DNA of 64,000 nucleotides from a virus (IMGVR_UViG_3300042904_000419:326-64325); one strand, 5' to 3'. Counted from the stretch's first letter, positions 29,316 through 38,550 are shown. The notes: generated from the letters alone by a model not told the origin. Numbers and translations are program-made.

Positions 29316-29909
29316 TCAGGGCCTCGCCCCCTGTTCCCGGGCGGTGACCGCCACGGCCAGCGCCGCCCACATGTCCTTCGTAACGTGCAGGAGTGGGCCC
29401 GGCGCGCCCACTTTCCCGGCCCCGCCGCAGGTCCCACAACTCACCCGCGCGCCGCCGCGGACACTGCCGGCTACGTCGCCCTTCCCCCGGCACGCCGCGC
29501 ATGTCTGCGGCTTCGCCAGCGCCACGCCGTCGCCGCCCCAGCGGTCGATCAGCGCTTGCCGCACGTGCGGGTCCCCGGCCTTCGGGTTGTCGGTCACGTG
29601 GGTGACACAGGTCTTCCGCGGGAGCAGCAGCGCCTCGGGGCCGTCGCCCCGCTGCCAGGCTTCGGCGTAGCGACCGACCCACAGCGCCGTGTACATCACC
29701 TCGGAGCCGACCGCCTGCCCGTAGCTCCCGGCCAGCATCTCGATCGCGCACACCTGGGCCGCGAAGTGGTCCTGCCGCAGCAGGTGGAGGAGGTCATGGT
29801 TCGGGAGCTTCCCACACTCCACGGTGCGGCCCTCCAGCACGCACCAGGCGGAGAGGGTGGGGCCGGGGTCGATCGCGAGGAGGCGCGGGGTATCGTTTGC
29901 TTGACTCAT
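29316..29909 (-). CDS. RuvC-like Holliday junction resolvase with CxxCxGxG insert
   Basis: LAIDPG, AIE, D.WAALAVA catalytic pattern. Confidence 0.75.
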   Translation of the reverse strand: MSQANDTPRLLAIDPGPTLSAWCVLEGRTVECGKLPNHDLLHLLRQDHFAAQVCAIEMLAGSYGQAVGSEVMYTALWVGRYAEAWQRGDGPEALLLPRKTCVTHVTDNPKAGDPHVRQALIDRWGGDGVALAKPQTCAACRGKGDVAGSVRGGARVSCGTCGGAGKVGAPGPLLHVTKDMWAALAVAVTAREQGARP

Positions 29910-30352
29910 GCCTCGCCTCCCAGGATCAACTGCCGCAGCTCCGCCTTGTCCCGCTGCGCCGGCGTAGGCTCGGCCGGGGCTTCCGGATCCGGCGCCACTA
30001 CGTCGTCAGCCTCAACCGCCCGCAGATCCAGGAACAGCGCGGACATTACCGCGCCCGCAATCCGGGCCTGAAGCTTCTCCATCACCTCGCCGGCCGTGCT
30101 GACCATCGTGACCCGCATCCCGCCGTCTTCGACCGACTCCACGTCCAGCCGGAACGCGCTGCGCTGAGTCGTCTCCGCCAGGCTCCGCAGCATCATCCGC
30201 AGCCCGCGGGCATTCGCCTCTGCCGCCGAGCGCTGCCGCTGCGCTTCGATCAGGTTCCGCTGGAGGGTCGCCACCTCCGCCTCGCGGGCTTGCAGCTCGG
30301 CAAACGTCTGCTCGAACAGCGCCCGCTCATCCGGGGTCAGGGGCTCGCTCAT
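29906..30352 (-). CDS. hypothetical coiled-coil protein
   Basis: ATGA overlap chain. Confidence 0.6.
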   Translation of the reverse strand: MSEPLTPDERALFEQTFAELQAREAEVATLQRNLIEAQRQRSAAEANARGLRMMLRSLAETTQRSAFRLDVESVEDGGMRVTMVSTAGEVMEKLQARIAGAVMSALFLDLRAVEADDVVAPDPEAPAEPTPAQRDKAELRQLILGGEA

Positions 30353-30753
30353 GGCGTCACCGCCTGCGCTAGTGGCTCCCGATGCAGCAGCCCAAAGCAC
30401 CACACCCAACTCCCGCCGTCCACATAAAGGCGCGGAAAATGCCAGATGTTCTGCCCCTCGCGCTTCAGGTAACGGACCTGTTCCAAAGGCAAGCCGGGCA
30501 TCTCCACCTCGCTCTCAATGCCCTCCCCCCTCACCAGGAAGCCGAAGCGCCCGTCTGCATCCAGGTCGGGCCGACGCTCCCACGTAAGCGGCGAAGTGGC
30601 CCGATAGGCGCGGTCGCCGGGGTAATGGCCCGCCAGCTCGTCATGGATCGCCTGGTCGGCGCAGTCCGCGCAGAACTGCGCGATGTTGGCCACCGCATGC
30701 GCTTCGGTCGCGTCCGCCACTGGGCCGCTGCCCGGATTGATGCAAATCACCAT
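30349..30753 (-). CDS. hypothetical protein
   Basis: GGAGG SD; ends RLYVDGGSWVW. Confidence 0.65.
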   Translation of the reverse strand: MVICINPGSGPVADATEAHAVANIAQFCADCADQAIHDELAGHYPGDRAYRATSPLTWERRPDLDADGRFGFLVRGEGIESEVEMPGLPLEQVRYLKREGQNIWHFPRLYVDGGSWVWCFGLLHREPLAQAVTP

Positions 30754-30788
30754 CCCTCCCCCTTTCCGGGCGCCTCGCGCCCCGTCGT

Positions 30789-31010
30789 CTATCCCAGCTC
30801 CAGCGTGGGCACCGGATCCCGCGCCACCAGCCCGCGATGCTCCGGCCCGGCCACCTGGCGGCCGCTCGCCGTATACAGCCGCACGTGTCGCCGCTGTGGG
30901 TGCGCCCGGAAGCCTTCCCAGTACCCGCGCGCCGCCTGCCGGTTCGGCTGCTCCGTCCAGCACTGCCGCCGGACGTGTCCCACCCACCACTCCAGGCGAT
31001 AGCGAGGCAT
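30789..31010 (-). CDS. hypothetical protein
   Basis: GGGAG SD; 73 aa. Confidence 0.45.
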   Translation of the reverse strand: MPRYRLEWWVGHVRRQCWTEQPNRQAARGYWEGFRAHPQRRHVRLYTASGRQVAGPEHRGLVARDPVPTLELG

Positions 31011-31059
31011 CAGAACTCCCTCGCCGTCGGCATCGTGATGATGGCGATAGGGGCCAGCA

Positions 31060-32619
31060 TCAGCGGTCCGTCCAGTCTGCGTCTTCATCCGGCAGCTCCA
31101 TCTGCGGCTGTTCCGGCTCCGGCGCGTGGCCTTCGAAGTGTCCCGCCGCTGGCTGGTAGATCCGACAACGGCCCAGGCTCCCGTGCAACTTGACCATGCC
31201 CACCGCGCCCTGCCGGTTCTTGGCGATGATGAGCTCTACCAGCCCCTCGCCGTCGTCGCGCTGCCCGGCCTTCTGCCGCGCGTAGTACTGCGGCCGGTGG
31301 ATGAACATCACGGCGTCCGCCACCTGCTCGATCATCCCGCTTCCGCGAAGGTCGGAGAGCATCGGCCGCAGGTCCGCCCCGCCCCGGCGCTCGTTGCTGC
31401 GGGTGAGCTGAGACAGTACCACCAGGGCAATCCCGAGCTTCCGCGCCGTCGCCTGCAGGGACTTCATAATCAGGGTGAGGGCGGCGTTCTCGTTCTCCGC
31501 CTTCGGATCCCAACTGATGATCTGCAGGTAGTCGATCACCAGCATCTCGATCCGCTGCTCCCGCACCAAACGACGGGCGAGCGCGCGGATCTGGCCCGCG
31601 GTGACGTCCGACTCGTCCACGATGTGGAGGGGGTAACCCACTACCCGCTCCACCGCCTGCGCCAGCAGAGATTGCTGGGTCTCCGTGAGCTGGTCCGGCA
31701 ATTCCGGGTTGGCGTGGTTCAGGACGGTGGTGAGCGGCACCCCGTAGCGCACGTCATGGAGCGCGGTATCCGCGCATTGCATCCGGACGCCCACGTCCGC
31801 CCGCGGCATCTCCAAGCTGAGCAGCGCCGCTGGTTTCTTGGTGCGACCAGCGGTCAGGAGGAGCTCTACCGCCAGGGCGCTCTTGCCCATGCTCGGCCGC
31901 CCGGCCACGAGGTAGACCTTGCCGGGCAGGAACCCGCCTTGCATCCGGCGGTCGACCCCGGGGAACCCGGTGCTGACGGCGCGCTCCGGAGCGAGCGCCG
32001 TGGCGCCGTACGTCTCCAGCGTGGCCAGCATCAGGTTCCGCGCGTTGTAGACCGGCACCGCCTGCCGCTGCGTCCCAATGGCGAGCACCACCTCCTCCGC
32101 GCAGTTCAGCAGGTCGTCGGCCTCCAGCTCCTCGTTCCGCGCGAGTTCGTCGATCGTCTGTCCCGCGGTAATCAGCTTGCGGCTGATCGACTTGCGCTTG
32201 ACGATCCGCGCGTAGTGCTCCACGTGCGCCGCGGTGGGCACGCTGTCCGTCAGCGTCAGCAAATAGGCGAGCCCGCCGGCCCCTTCGAGCTGCTCCCGCT
32301 TCGCCAACTCCTCGGAGACCGAGAGGGTATCCACGGGCTGGTCCCGGTCCGCCAGGTAGGTGATGACCTCGTGGAGTTTCCGGTGGGCGTCCAGGTAGAA
32401 GTCTTCCCGCTCCAGCAACTCCACCACGGCATCCGTCGCCGTGCGGCTGATCAGAGCGGCGCCCAGGGCGGCCTGCTCCGCGTCGATGGACTGCGGTGGG
32501 AGCCGGTCAGGGAGCGCCGGGAGCCCCACGGGTGGAGCCTCGTACGGCACCGGCAGGTTTGCGGCCTCCTCGCTGCCGTAGGAGCGGCAGCTACGGGGGT
32601 CGGGGCGGCGCGTAGTCAC
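31060..32619 (-). CDS. dnaB: replicative DNA helicase
   Basis: PPQSIDAEQA.LG, AGRPSMGKS, SLEM, IDYLQ, LSQL.R, LSDLRGSG.IEQ.AD, IIAKNRQG. Confidence 0.95.
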   Translation of the reverse strand: MTTRRPDPRSCRSYGSEEAANLPVPYEAPPVGLPALPDRLPPQSIDAEQAALGAALISRTATDAVVELLEREDFYLDAHRKLHEVITYLADRDQPVDTLSVSEELAKREQLEGAGGLAYLLTLTDSVPTAAHVEHYARIVKRKSISRKLITAGQTIDELARNEELEADDLLNCAEEVVLAIGTQRQAVPVYNARNLMLATLETYGATALAPERAVSTGFPGVDRRMQGGFLPGKVYLVAGRPSMGKSALAVELLLTAGRTKKPAALLSLEMPRADVGVRMQCADTALHDVRYGVPLTTVLNHANPELPDQLTETQQSLLAQAVERVVGYPLHIVDESDVTAGQIRALARRLVREQRIEMLVIDYLQIISWDPKAENENAALTLIMKSLQATARKLGIALVVLSQLTRSNERRGGADLRPMLSDLRGSGMIEQVADAVMFIHRPQYYARQKAGQRDDGEGLVELIIAKNRQGAVGMVKLHGSLGRCRIYQPAAGHFEGHAPEPEQPQMELPDEDADWTDR

Positions 32620-33785
32620 GGGCGACCTCCGGTGCTCGCAGCTCGCAGGGTTTCCCAGCGCCGGCGCAGCGCCTGGCGCATTACGGCCGGCTGTGCTTCC
32701 CACTCCGGGCTGCCGGGGCCCGCCGCCAGTAGCCGGTCGGTCTCACTCACCGCGGCCGGGATGCCCCGACTGACGATCTTCTGCCGGACGGGCGGCGGCG
32801 GGGCTCCGGCCGGGGCGGCGAAGTCGTCGGCCTCGTCCGGCTCGGGGGCAGGGTGGGTTACGGAGGCCGGGGGGGGCGGATTCAGTCGGTCCCGGAGCGT
32901 GTTATAGAACCAGGGCATCGTCCGCGGTCCCTGGGAGCCCTTGGCCGCCCAGCGCCGCTTGGTTTCCTCCGCCGTAGCCAGCAACTCCGCCACGGTGACC
33001 CCGCGGCCCGTCTCGAGGTGGTGCTCCAGTTCGTCTTTCCAGCGCTCGAACCCCTCGCCGTCCAGGAGCCCGCCGTACCAGGCACTGACGGCCTGCTTGC
33101 CGCCCTCGTGGTACAGCTCGGCCGCTCGTTGGCGGTGCGGTGGCATCTTGAGCTGCACCCCTGGCGGAGGTTCCGGGGCGCCAGGGGTCGGGGCAGCGCC
33201 AGCGGGGGAGGAGTTGCCTGCCGGGGCGGCTGGAAGAGACGACGACGACCCCTCGCCGGTCGGTTCTGGGGCGGCCGACTCTCGTACCCCGTACTCGTCA
33301 TCGTCATGGCTCTGGCATGGCTCTGGCTCTGGCAATGGGCGCGCGTGAGGCGGACAACGGCTGCCACTGTCCGCCAACGGCAGCCGTTGTCCGCCGTTGT
33401 CCGCCGTTGTCCGCCGTTGTCCGCCGTTGTCGGACACTTTCGGGCGAATGGGGCCGGTGACGAAGGCGCGCGCGGTGCGGAGGAGTTGCTTGCGGAGCGT
33501 CTCGTCGGCATGCTCGTGCCAATCGTGGACCACCAGGCGGTACTCCTCACTCTCGTCCAGCCAACCACATTCCGTGAGGGCGTCCACCAGGTCGTCCGGG
33601 TCACCTTCCCAGTCGATCCCCATGGCGATCCGGTGGTTGGGCAGCCGGCCCAGATCCCCGCAAGGAGTCTCCCGGGCGCAGAGGTGCCAGAGGCACTCCA
33701 GGAGGCCCACGACCACATAGTCGCGAACGTCCAGCCGGCGCGCGAGTGCGCGGAATTTGCTGTTACCTTGGGTGCCCCGCTTCAT
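32616..33785 (-). CDS. phage replication initiator (replisome organiser)
   Basis: KF..LAR.L...G....LW and L...GWL...HDW.EH motifs; internal iterons; directly upstream of dnaB. Confidence 0.8.
   Translation of the reverse strand: MKRGTQGNSKFRALARRLDVRDYVVVGLLECLWHLCARETPCGDLGRLPNHRIAMGIDWEGDPDDLVDALTECGWLDESEEYRLVVHDWHEHADETLRKQLLRTARAFVTGPIRPKVSDNGGQRRTTADNGGQRLPLADSGSRCPPHARPLPEPEPCQSHDDDEYGVRESAAPEPTGEGSSSSLPAAPAGNSSPAGAAPTPGAPEPPPGVQLKMPPHRQRAAELYHEGGKQAVSAWYGGLLDGEGFERWKDELEHHLETGRGVTVAELLATAEETKRRWAAKGSQGPRTMPWFYNTLRDRLNPPPPASVTHPAPEPDEADDFAAPAGAPPPPVRQKIVSRGIPAAVSETDRLLAAGPGSPEWEAQPAVMRQALRRRWETLRAASTGGRP
33383..33431. repeat. five tandem 10-bp repeats (GCCGTTGTCC), probable origin iterons
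   Basis: Directly visible; inverted copy at ~33352-33361; lies inside the initiator gene as in lambdoid origins. Confidence 0.8.
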
Positions 33786-33789
33786 CGCT

Positions 33790-34032
33790 CTAACCCCGCT
33801 CCCCAACAACCGACCGCGCCAGGCGGTCCTTCTCCACTCGCTCCCACCGCGGCGCATCATCCCCGGCAAATAGCGCCAGGGGCTCGGCCGCCGTCGTGTC
33901 TGCCGGTGCCCCCTGCGGGGCGTGCAGCACCAACACCTCTCCGGTCTCCGTGTGCCGGGCCAGCCCCATCACCCAGACTGTGCGGCCGGTGCCGCGGTGG
34001 CGGTAGTAGCCGGGCTGCAGCTCCTGGCTCAC
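33790..34032 (-). CDS. DUF1653-like protein
   Basis: PGYYRH..G...V.GLARHTETGE.LV. Confidence 0.7.
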   Translation of the reverse strand: MSQELQPGYYRHRGTGRTVWVMGLARHTETGEVLVLHAPQGAPADTTAAEPLALFAGDDAPRWERVEKDRLARSVVGERG

Positions 34033-34571
34033 GCCGCCACCCGCTCGGCTTCCCGGGCCTCCGTAAAGGCCCGCGCTTCTAGTGAGCACGCCACATCACA
34101 CCACACGTTGAAAGTGCTGCACGGGTTGCCGCGCTTCCCGAGCCCGGAGGCGAGCTGCGCCCGCGTGGGGTGTCCGTCCAGCAGCACCCACTCCACGGCC
34201 CCCAGCCGGGCCACCAGGCGCGCGGACCACTGCACCCAGGCCTCCGGCAGGTTCTCGTTGCGCCAGCCGGAGAAGAAGCGGCCCAGCGTGATCGCGCTGT
34301 CGCTGTAGACCGTGCCGCTCCACCCTTCCGGCAGCGCCCGCAGCGCCTTCGCCAGCGCGAAGTACTCGGCGTGGTTGTTGCTGACCAGCTCCACGCCCAC
34401 CCGCGCCGGCAGAAGCAACCCGCTCTCGCTGGCGACGATGTGCTCCGTCGCGTCCTCCACCACCCGCAGGTCCGTGGCGACGGCGCACCAGGCCCACGTG
34501 CCGCCGAAAAGGCTAGGGTTCTTGCGGATCACGCCGCCGTCCGCGTAGACCGCTCGGATTTCGCTGGTCAT
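34029..34571 (-). CDS. RNase HI-like protein
   Basis: YADGG, SNNHAE..A, YSDS, W...GH, N..CD. Confidence 0.8.
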   Translation of the reverse strand: MTSEIRAVYADGGVIRKNPSLFGGTWAWCAVATDLRVVEDATEHIVASESGLLLPARVGVELVSNNHAEYFALAKALRALPEGWSGTVYSDSAITLGRFFSGWRNENLPEAWVQWSARLVARLGAVEWVLLDGHPTRAQLASGLGKRGNPCSTFNVWCDVACSLEARAFTEAREAERVAA

Positions 34572-34819
34572 CGCAGCTTCCCTCGCCGCTCGGGATCCCG
34601 CCGGCCGTAGGTGCCGGGGCCGCAGCGGCATTGATCGATCGGCAGCCCGCAGCCGCCCGGCTCGTCGTGGAACATCAAGCGGTTCGGGTCGCCGAACAGG
34701 GCCTCGGTAGGCTCCTGGTCCGCAGCAGGGGCGGGCGCCCGGCCGGAGCCGCCGGAGATGAGCGAGCCCACCCCCGACGTCTCCAGCGTGCGCGTGATAC
34801 TCTCGCGAAAGCCCATCAC
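34568..34819 (-). CDS. hypothetical protein
   Basis: Overlap chain. Confidence 0.5.
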   Translation of the reverse strand: MMGFRESITRTLETSGVGSLISGGSGRAPAPAADQEPTEALFGDPNRLMFHDEPGGCGLPIDQCRCGPGTYGRRDPERRGKLR

Positions 34820-35061
34820 AGCCCCCGATACAGCACTTCGTGCCGCCGTAGTAACTCCAGGAGCAGCGCGTGCCGGGTCCCCTGCGGCAGCGAGTGAGCC
34901 AGCGCGTCTGCCAGTTCAGCAGCTTCCGCCTCATACAGCGCCCGGATTTCGTCCAGGTTCGCGGCGGTGATTTCGGGCAGGCGGCGCGAGACGCGGATCG
35001 TCAACTCCACGGGCTCACCGCTCCACAGCGGGTCGGCCACTGAAAGCTCCAGGTGCTTCAC
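34816..35061 (-). CDS. hypothetical protein
   Basis: GGAGG SD, overlap chain. Confidence 0.6.
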   Translation of the reverse strand: MKHLELSVADPLWSGEPVELTIRVSRRLPEITAANLDEIRALYEAEAAELADALAHSLPQGTRHALLLELLRRHEVLYRGL

Positions 35062-35360
35062 TCCGGCACCTCCACCCCTGCGGCACGCAGCGCCCGCGCC
35101 AGCGAGAGCATCCGCTGTTGGGCGCGCGCCGCACCGCTATCGACGCCGACCAGGGTGTCGCCGGTCCGGAAGTCCGCTTCCCGGCAAACCAGGAGCAGTT
35201 CCAGCGCCGCTTCCGCTACCGGACGGAAATACAAGGCCTCGGCGGCGCTCACTGGCGCGTGCCCGAAGCCGTCCTCGGGACGCACCCAGGCATGTGTCCC
35301 GAGGACCGTCTCCTGGTCGTTGCCCAGGAAGACAGCAGTATCCGGCGGTGCTTCGCTCAC
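35058..35360 (-). CDS. hypothetical protein
   Basis: GGAGG SD, overlap chain. Confidence 0.55.
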   Translation of the reverse strand: MSEAPPDTAVFLGNDQETVLGTHAWVRPEDGFGHAPVSAAEALYFRPVAEAALELLLVCREADFRTGDTLVGVDSGAARAQQRMLSLARALRAAGVEVPE

Positions 35361-36289
35361 AGCAACCTCCCGGTTTCCACCGGCTCGTCCGCGCCAGCAT
35401 CGCCCGCAAACTGGTCCTCGTCCTCGACCACTTCGGAGGCGAGTGGCCAGTTCGTATCCCCCGGCAGGCAGCCGCGCTGCTGCAGGAGTTGCACGAAGCG
35501 CTCCTTGCCGGCGGGGGTGACCTGGTTCAGCGCCCGAAAGTTCTCGCCGAGAGCCGCCCCGATGTGCTGGAGGAGCGCGGCGCGGTTCTTGGGGTCGCCG
35601 CCGGCCGCGATGTACGTCTCGTTGAAGACGCGCACCTGGTCCTTCTCCGGCAGGTCGGCGTACGCGGGGTCGGGCGCCGGTGCCTGGAGTTGGGCCGGCT
35701 GCTCCTCGATAATCCGGGAAGTGCCGGGGATCGCCTGCCCCTCGTCCATCAGGTCGAGGTCGCCGATACCGGCCTGCGGGATCTTCCGCCAGCAGTGCGC
35801 TTCGGCGCGGACCGCGAGCATGTGGAGTGGGCGCTGCTTCCAGTTGGGGTTGAACTCCATGAAGAATTCCTTCAGGTAGATCACCGCCTCGAACGCCCGG
35901 GAGCTCCCAGCGATCCACATCTGGCACCGGCAGGCGACCGGCAGTTCCTTCCGGACCCAGATCGAGCGCCATACCTCGTCTTCGCCGCAGTACGCAATCT
36001 CCAGCCCGTTGACCCGCGCGCGCTGCCCGCCCAGGTGCCGGAAGCCGTCAATCCCGGTCGCCATGACCAGCTTGCCGGTCTTGTCCGTCCAGCCGTAGAT
36101 GTGGCGCTGCAGGGGGTCGAGCCCCTTGCGCTCGCAGTAGGCCATGAACACGAGAAACTGATCGTCCTTCGTGATGCCGGAGGCCACCGTCTGCCGGATG
36201 GTCTGCCGGAGCTGCTGGCTAAACACCAGCCCCGTCTGCTGCTGCGCCAGGCCGTGGTTTCCGTGCCGGGCGATTGCCGTCTCTGACAT
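35357..36289 (-). CDS. bet: single-strand annealing protein, Bet/RecT family
   Basis: F...C...GLDP....IY, GIDGFR, W...P..ML...AEAH..RK. Confidence 0.88.
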   Translation of the reverse strand: MSETAIARHGNHGLAQQQTGLVFSQQLRQTIRQTVASGITKDDQFLVFMAYCERKGLDPLQRHIYGWTDKTGKLVMATGIDGFRHLGGQRARVNGLEIAYCGEDEVWRSIWVRKELPVACRCQMWIAGSSRAFEAVIYLKEFFMEFNPNWKQRPLHMLAVRAEAHCWRKIPQAGIGDLDLMDEGQAIPGTSRIIEEQPAQLQAPAPDPAYADLPEKDQVRVFNETYIAAGGDPKNRAALLQHIGAALGENFRALNQVTPAGKERFVQLLQQRGCLPGDTNWPLASEVVEDEDQFAGDAGADEPVETGRLL

Positions 36290-36387
36290 GTCCGTCTCTC
36301 CTCTTGGCAGTGGGCAGAGACGGCGGGGAAGGGCTCCCCGCCGCCCGTAGGGTGCGCCGCCTGCCGTACGCGGCGCACCCATGCGGT

Positions 36388-36651
36388 CTAATCCCAGAGC
36401 GCGGCGCGGCGCTTGGCCTCCGCTGCCTGCTCCTCCGGCGTCTGCCGGGCTCGCTGTTCCGCTGCCAGCGCCTCGCGGCAAGGGCGGCACATCTCCGCCG
36501 CCTCCCGCGTCAGCGCCGCCGCGAGCAGTTCCTCGGTCATCTGCGCGTCCAGGTCGATCTGCTCCGGGTGCCGCTGTCCGTCTGGGCACTCCCGGAACAC
36601 GGTCAGGCGGCGGTACAGCATCCGCACCCGTGGTCGGAACCGATCGTCCAT
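36388..36651 (-). CDS. hypothetical protein
   Basis: GGGGAG SD; ends AALWD. Confidence 0.6.
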   Translation of the reverse strand: MDDRFRPRVRMLYRRLTVFRECPDGQRHPEQIDLDAQMTEELLAAALTREAAEMCRPCREALAAEQRARQTPEEQAAEAKRRAALWD

Positions 36652-36695
36652 CCGTCTCCCCCTCGTCCCGCCCGCAGGCTCCACCCCGCGAGCGA

Positions 36696-36817
36696 AGGAG
36701 AGAGGCCTGAGTCGAACAGGCTGCCCCGCGCCGCCGAAGCGGAAGCGTTACTCGGGGTGTCTAGCGGCCGTTGAAGTGATCGCTGGCTTGTGGGTCACCG
36801 TCCCCACCGCTCTCTCC
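36696..36817 (-). ncRNA. tRNA-Sec (selC)-like RNA with UCA loop and enlarged anticodon/variable arms
   Basis: 8-bp acceptor GGAGAGAG/CTCTCTCC; D arm GTGGG-GA-CGGT-GA-CCCAC; CTTCAAC loop; long variable hairpin with TTCG loop; T arm GCCTG-TTCGACT-CAGGC. Confidence 0.7.
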
Positions 36818-36868
36818 GTGGTCCCGGATCTACGCGCACCGGGCGATAGCGGGAGCGGTTACTCCTCT

Positions 36869-37378
36869 TCAGGCTCCTCCGGCGGCCCGGCCGCCCACAT
36901 CAACAGCAGCACCCACAGCGCCCAGAACAGCGTCCGCATGCCTACCTCCGTAGAGCCACAGGCCGAGCGAGAGCACCCCGCCGGACAGCAGCGTGAGCAG
37001 CGCCAGGAGGCTCTGCTCCGTGAACCACAGCCCGCCCACCATGAGCGAGAGCGCCACCGCGCAGACGCCGCCCAGCCACAGCCGGAAGCGCGCGTACCGC
37101 TCCGCCTGCGCGACCTCCTGCTGCCGGACTTCCAGCGCCGCCCAGGAGGCCAGCAGTCGGGCCTGGTCGCGCCGGAGCGCTTCCTCGCGGGTATCCAGGG
37201 CTCCGGCCCGCACGTCCAGTTCCTGCAGGTCCGCCCGGCAGGCAGCGGCGCTCATCACGTCCGCCGCCCACTGGTCGAGGCGAGCGGTGCGGGTGTTCAG
37301 CTCCGCCTCGCGCCGGTCGAGGTCCTGAGCCCGGACGCGTAGGGCGCGCTCGGTTAGGGTGGGGAGGGGCTCGTTCAC
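36869..37378 (-). CDS. coiled-coil membrane protein
   Basis: Heptad N-half, hydrophobic C-half. Confidence 0.65.
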   Translation of the reverse strand: MNEPLPTLTERALRVRAQDLDRREAELNTRTARLDQWAADVMSAAACRADLQELDVRAGALDTREEALRRDQARLLASWAALEVRQQEVAQAERYARFRLWLGGVCAVALSLMVGGLWFTEQSLLALLTLLSGGVLSLGLWLYGGRHADAVLGAVGAAVDVGGRAAGGA

Positions 37379-37737
37379 TGGCGGTCCTCCACAGCCTGCC
37401 AGCGAGCGGCGAACGCCCCGGCCTGGGTCAGCGTGTCCCGGATGGCCGGGTAGTCCGGCGTCGGCTCGGCGAGCTGCACCAGGGCGTCTCGGACCGCGTC
37501 ATACAGCCACGGGAGCGCCGGTTCCCCGAGCGGATCGGCCAGCAGCACCAGCGGCTGCAACTGGTCCCGGAGCGTGGCGAGGATCCGCACGGCGTCCACG
37601 CGGCGACGTGGGGCGGAGAAGCCGGAGACGACGATCTGCGCCAGCCGGAGCCGGATCCGCGTGTGCCGCGGCGTGAGCGGGTGGGCGAGGTTGCCGTCGC
37701 GCTGGGGGCAGAGGGCCGGGCGGGGAGCCGTGTTCAT
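37375..37737 (-). CDS. hypothetical protein
   Basis: GGAGG SD, overlap chain. Confidence 0.6.
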   Translation of the reverse strand: MNTAPRPALCPQRDGNLAHPLTPRHTRIRLRLAQIVVSGFSAPRRRVDAVRILATLRDQLQPLVLLADPLGEPALPWLYDAVRDALVQLAEPTPDYPAIRDTLTQAGAFAARWQAVEDRQ

Positions 37738-38226
37738 CTACGCGGCCTCCGCCAGCACGTCGCCGGCATCGCTGTATTCGCAGAAGCAGCAGCCGTTCGG
37801 GCGGTGTGTCGCCACCCCGCAGTCGCACACGTACTCCGCGCCCCAGTCGGCGGTTTCGGGATCGAGGCGCACGCGGGCTTCCCACCAGGCCGGATCGTTA
37901 TGGGCGAGCACCCGCTCCACCCAGGCCACGGTCTGCGCGAAGTGCCGGGTAGCCATCCGCTCGGCCTGGTAAGCGCCGTACTTCTTGCCGTCCAGCATGT
38001 CCTGGGCGACCCGGCCGGCGCGGAGCTTCTGCGCCTGGAAGAACCGGCGACGGATGGTGTTCGCGGGCTCCGAGAGCCGCGGGTAGTCGGCAAGGGAAGG
38101 GAAGCGCGCGAAGGGCACGGTGGCGCTGCCGGCCGGCCCATCCGCCCAGATGATCTGTGAAAGTGGGCGCTGTAGGGGCGATCCCTCGGTAGGTGCTTGT
38201 CGTGGGGGTCGGGTTTGCGTTACCAT
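37738..38226 (-). CDS. hypothetical protein with C-terminal Cys cluster
   Basis: CDCG.....CCFC; start uncertain. Confidence 0.6.
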   Translation of the reverse strand: MVTQTRPPRQAPTEGSPLQRPLSQIIWADGPAGSATVPFARFPSLADYPRLSEPANTIRRRFFQAQKLRAGRVAQDMLDGKKYGAYQAERMATRHFAQTVAWVERVLAHNDPAWWEARVRLDPETADWGAEYVCDCGVATHRPNGCCFCEYSDAGDVLAEAA

Positions 38227-38316
38227 GTGCGTGTTCCTGAACGGCTCGGTGCAATGGGTGTCAGCCCGCACCGGGCCGTTTTGCGTGTACCGGCCGGCTG
38301 ATCCCGGCCGAAGTCG

Positions 38317-38550
38317 TTAAGCGGCGGCCTGGTCGGACGCCGTGCCCAGGTGCGCTTGCTGCCGCAGCCATTGGCGCGGGATGCGCTTCTGCTTCCCGAC
38401 CGCCACCGCGGCGATGGAGCCGCGCTCGATCCCGGTGCGGACGGCGCGCTCGCCGGTGTTCAGGATCTGCGCGGCCTGGACCACGGACAGGAAGACCGGC
38501 CAGGTGGCGGGATCTTCGGGGTTGAAGGCGGGGGCGCTCGGAGTGTCCAT
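38317..38550 (-). CDS. xis: excisionase-like HTH protein
   Basis: LSVVQAAQIL...VR..I..G.I.A..VG...RIPR. Confidence 0.8.
   Translation of the reverse strand: MDTPSAPAFNPEDPATWPVFLSVVQAAQILNTGERAVRTGIERGSIAAVAVGKQKRIPRQWLRQQAHLGTASDQAAA

Noticed and set aside
33383-33431. Possible mini-CRISPR array
   Set aside because: Repeats are 10 bp, head-to-tail with no spacers, and lie inside the initiator CDS; no cas gene was seen.
36696-36817. selC-like element as the attachment site
   Set aside because: It lies over 3 kb from int inside the early operon, whereas arm-type repeats point to the region just downstream of int; not fully excluded without the host sequence.
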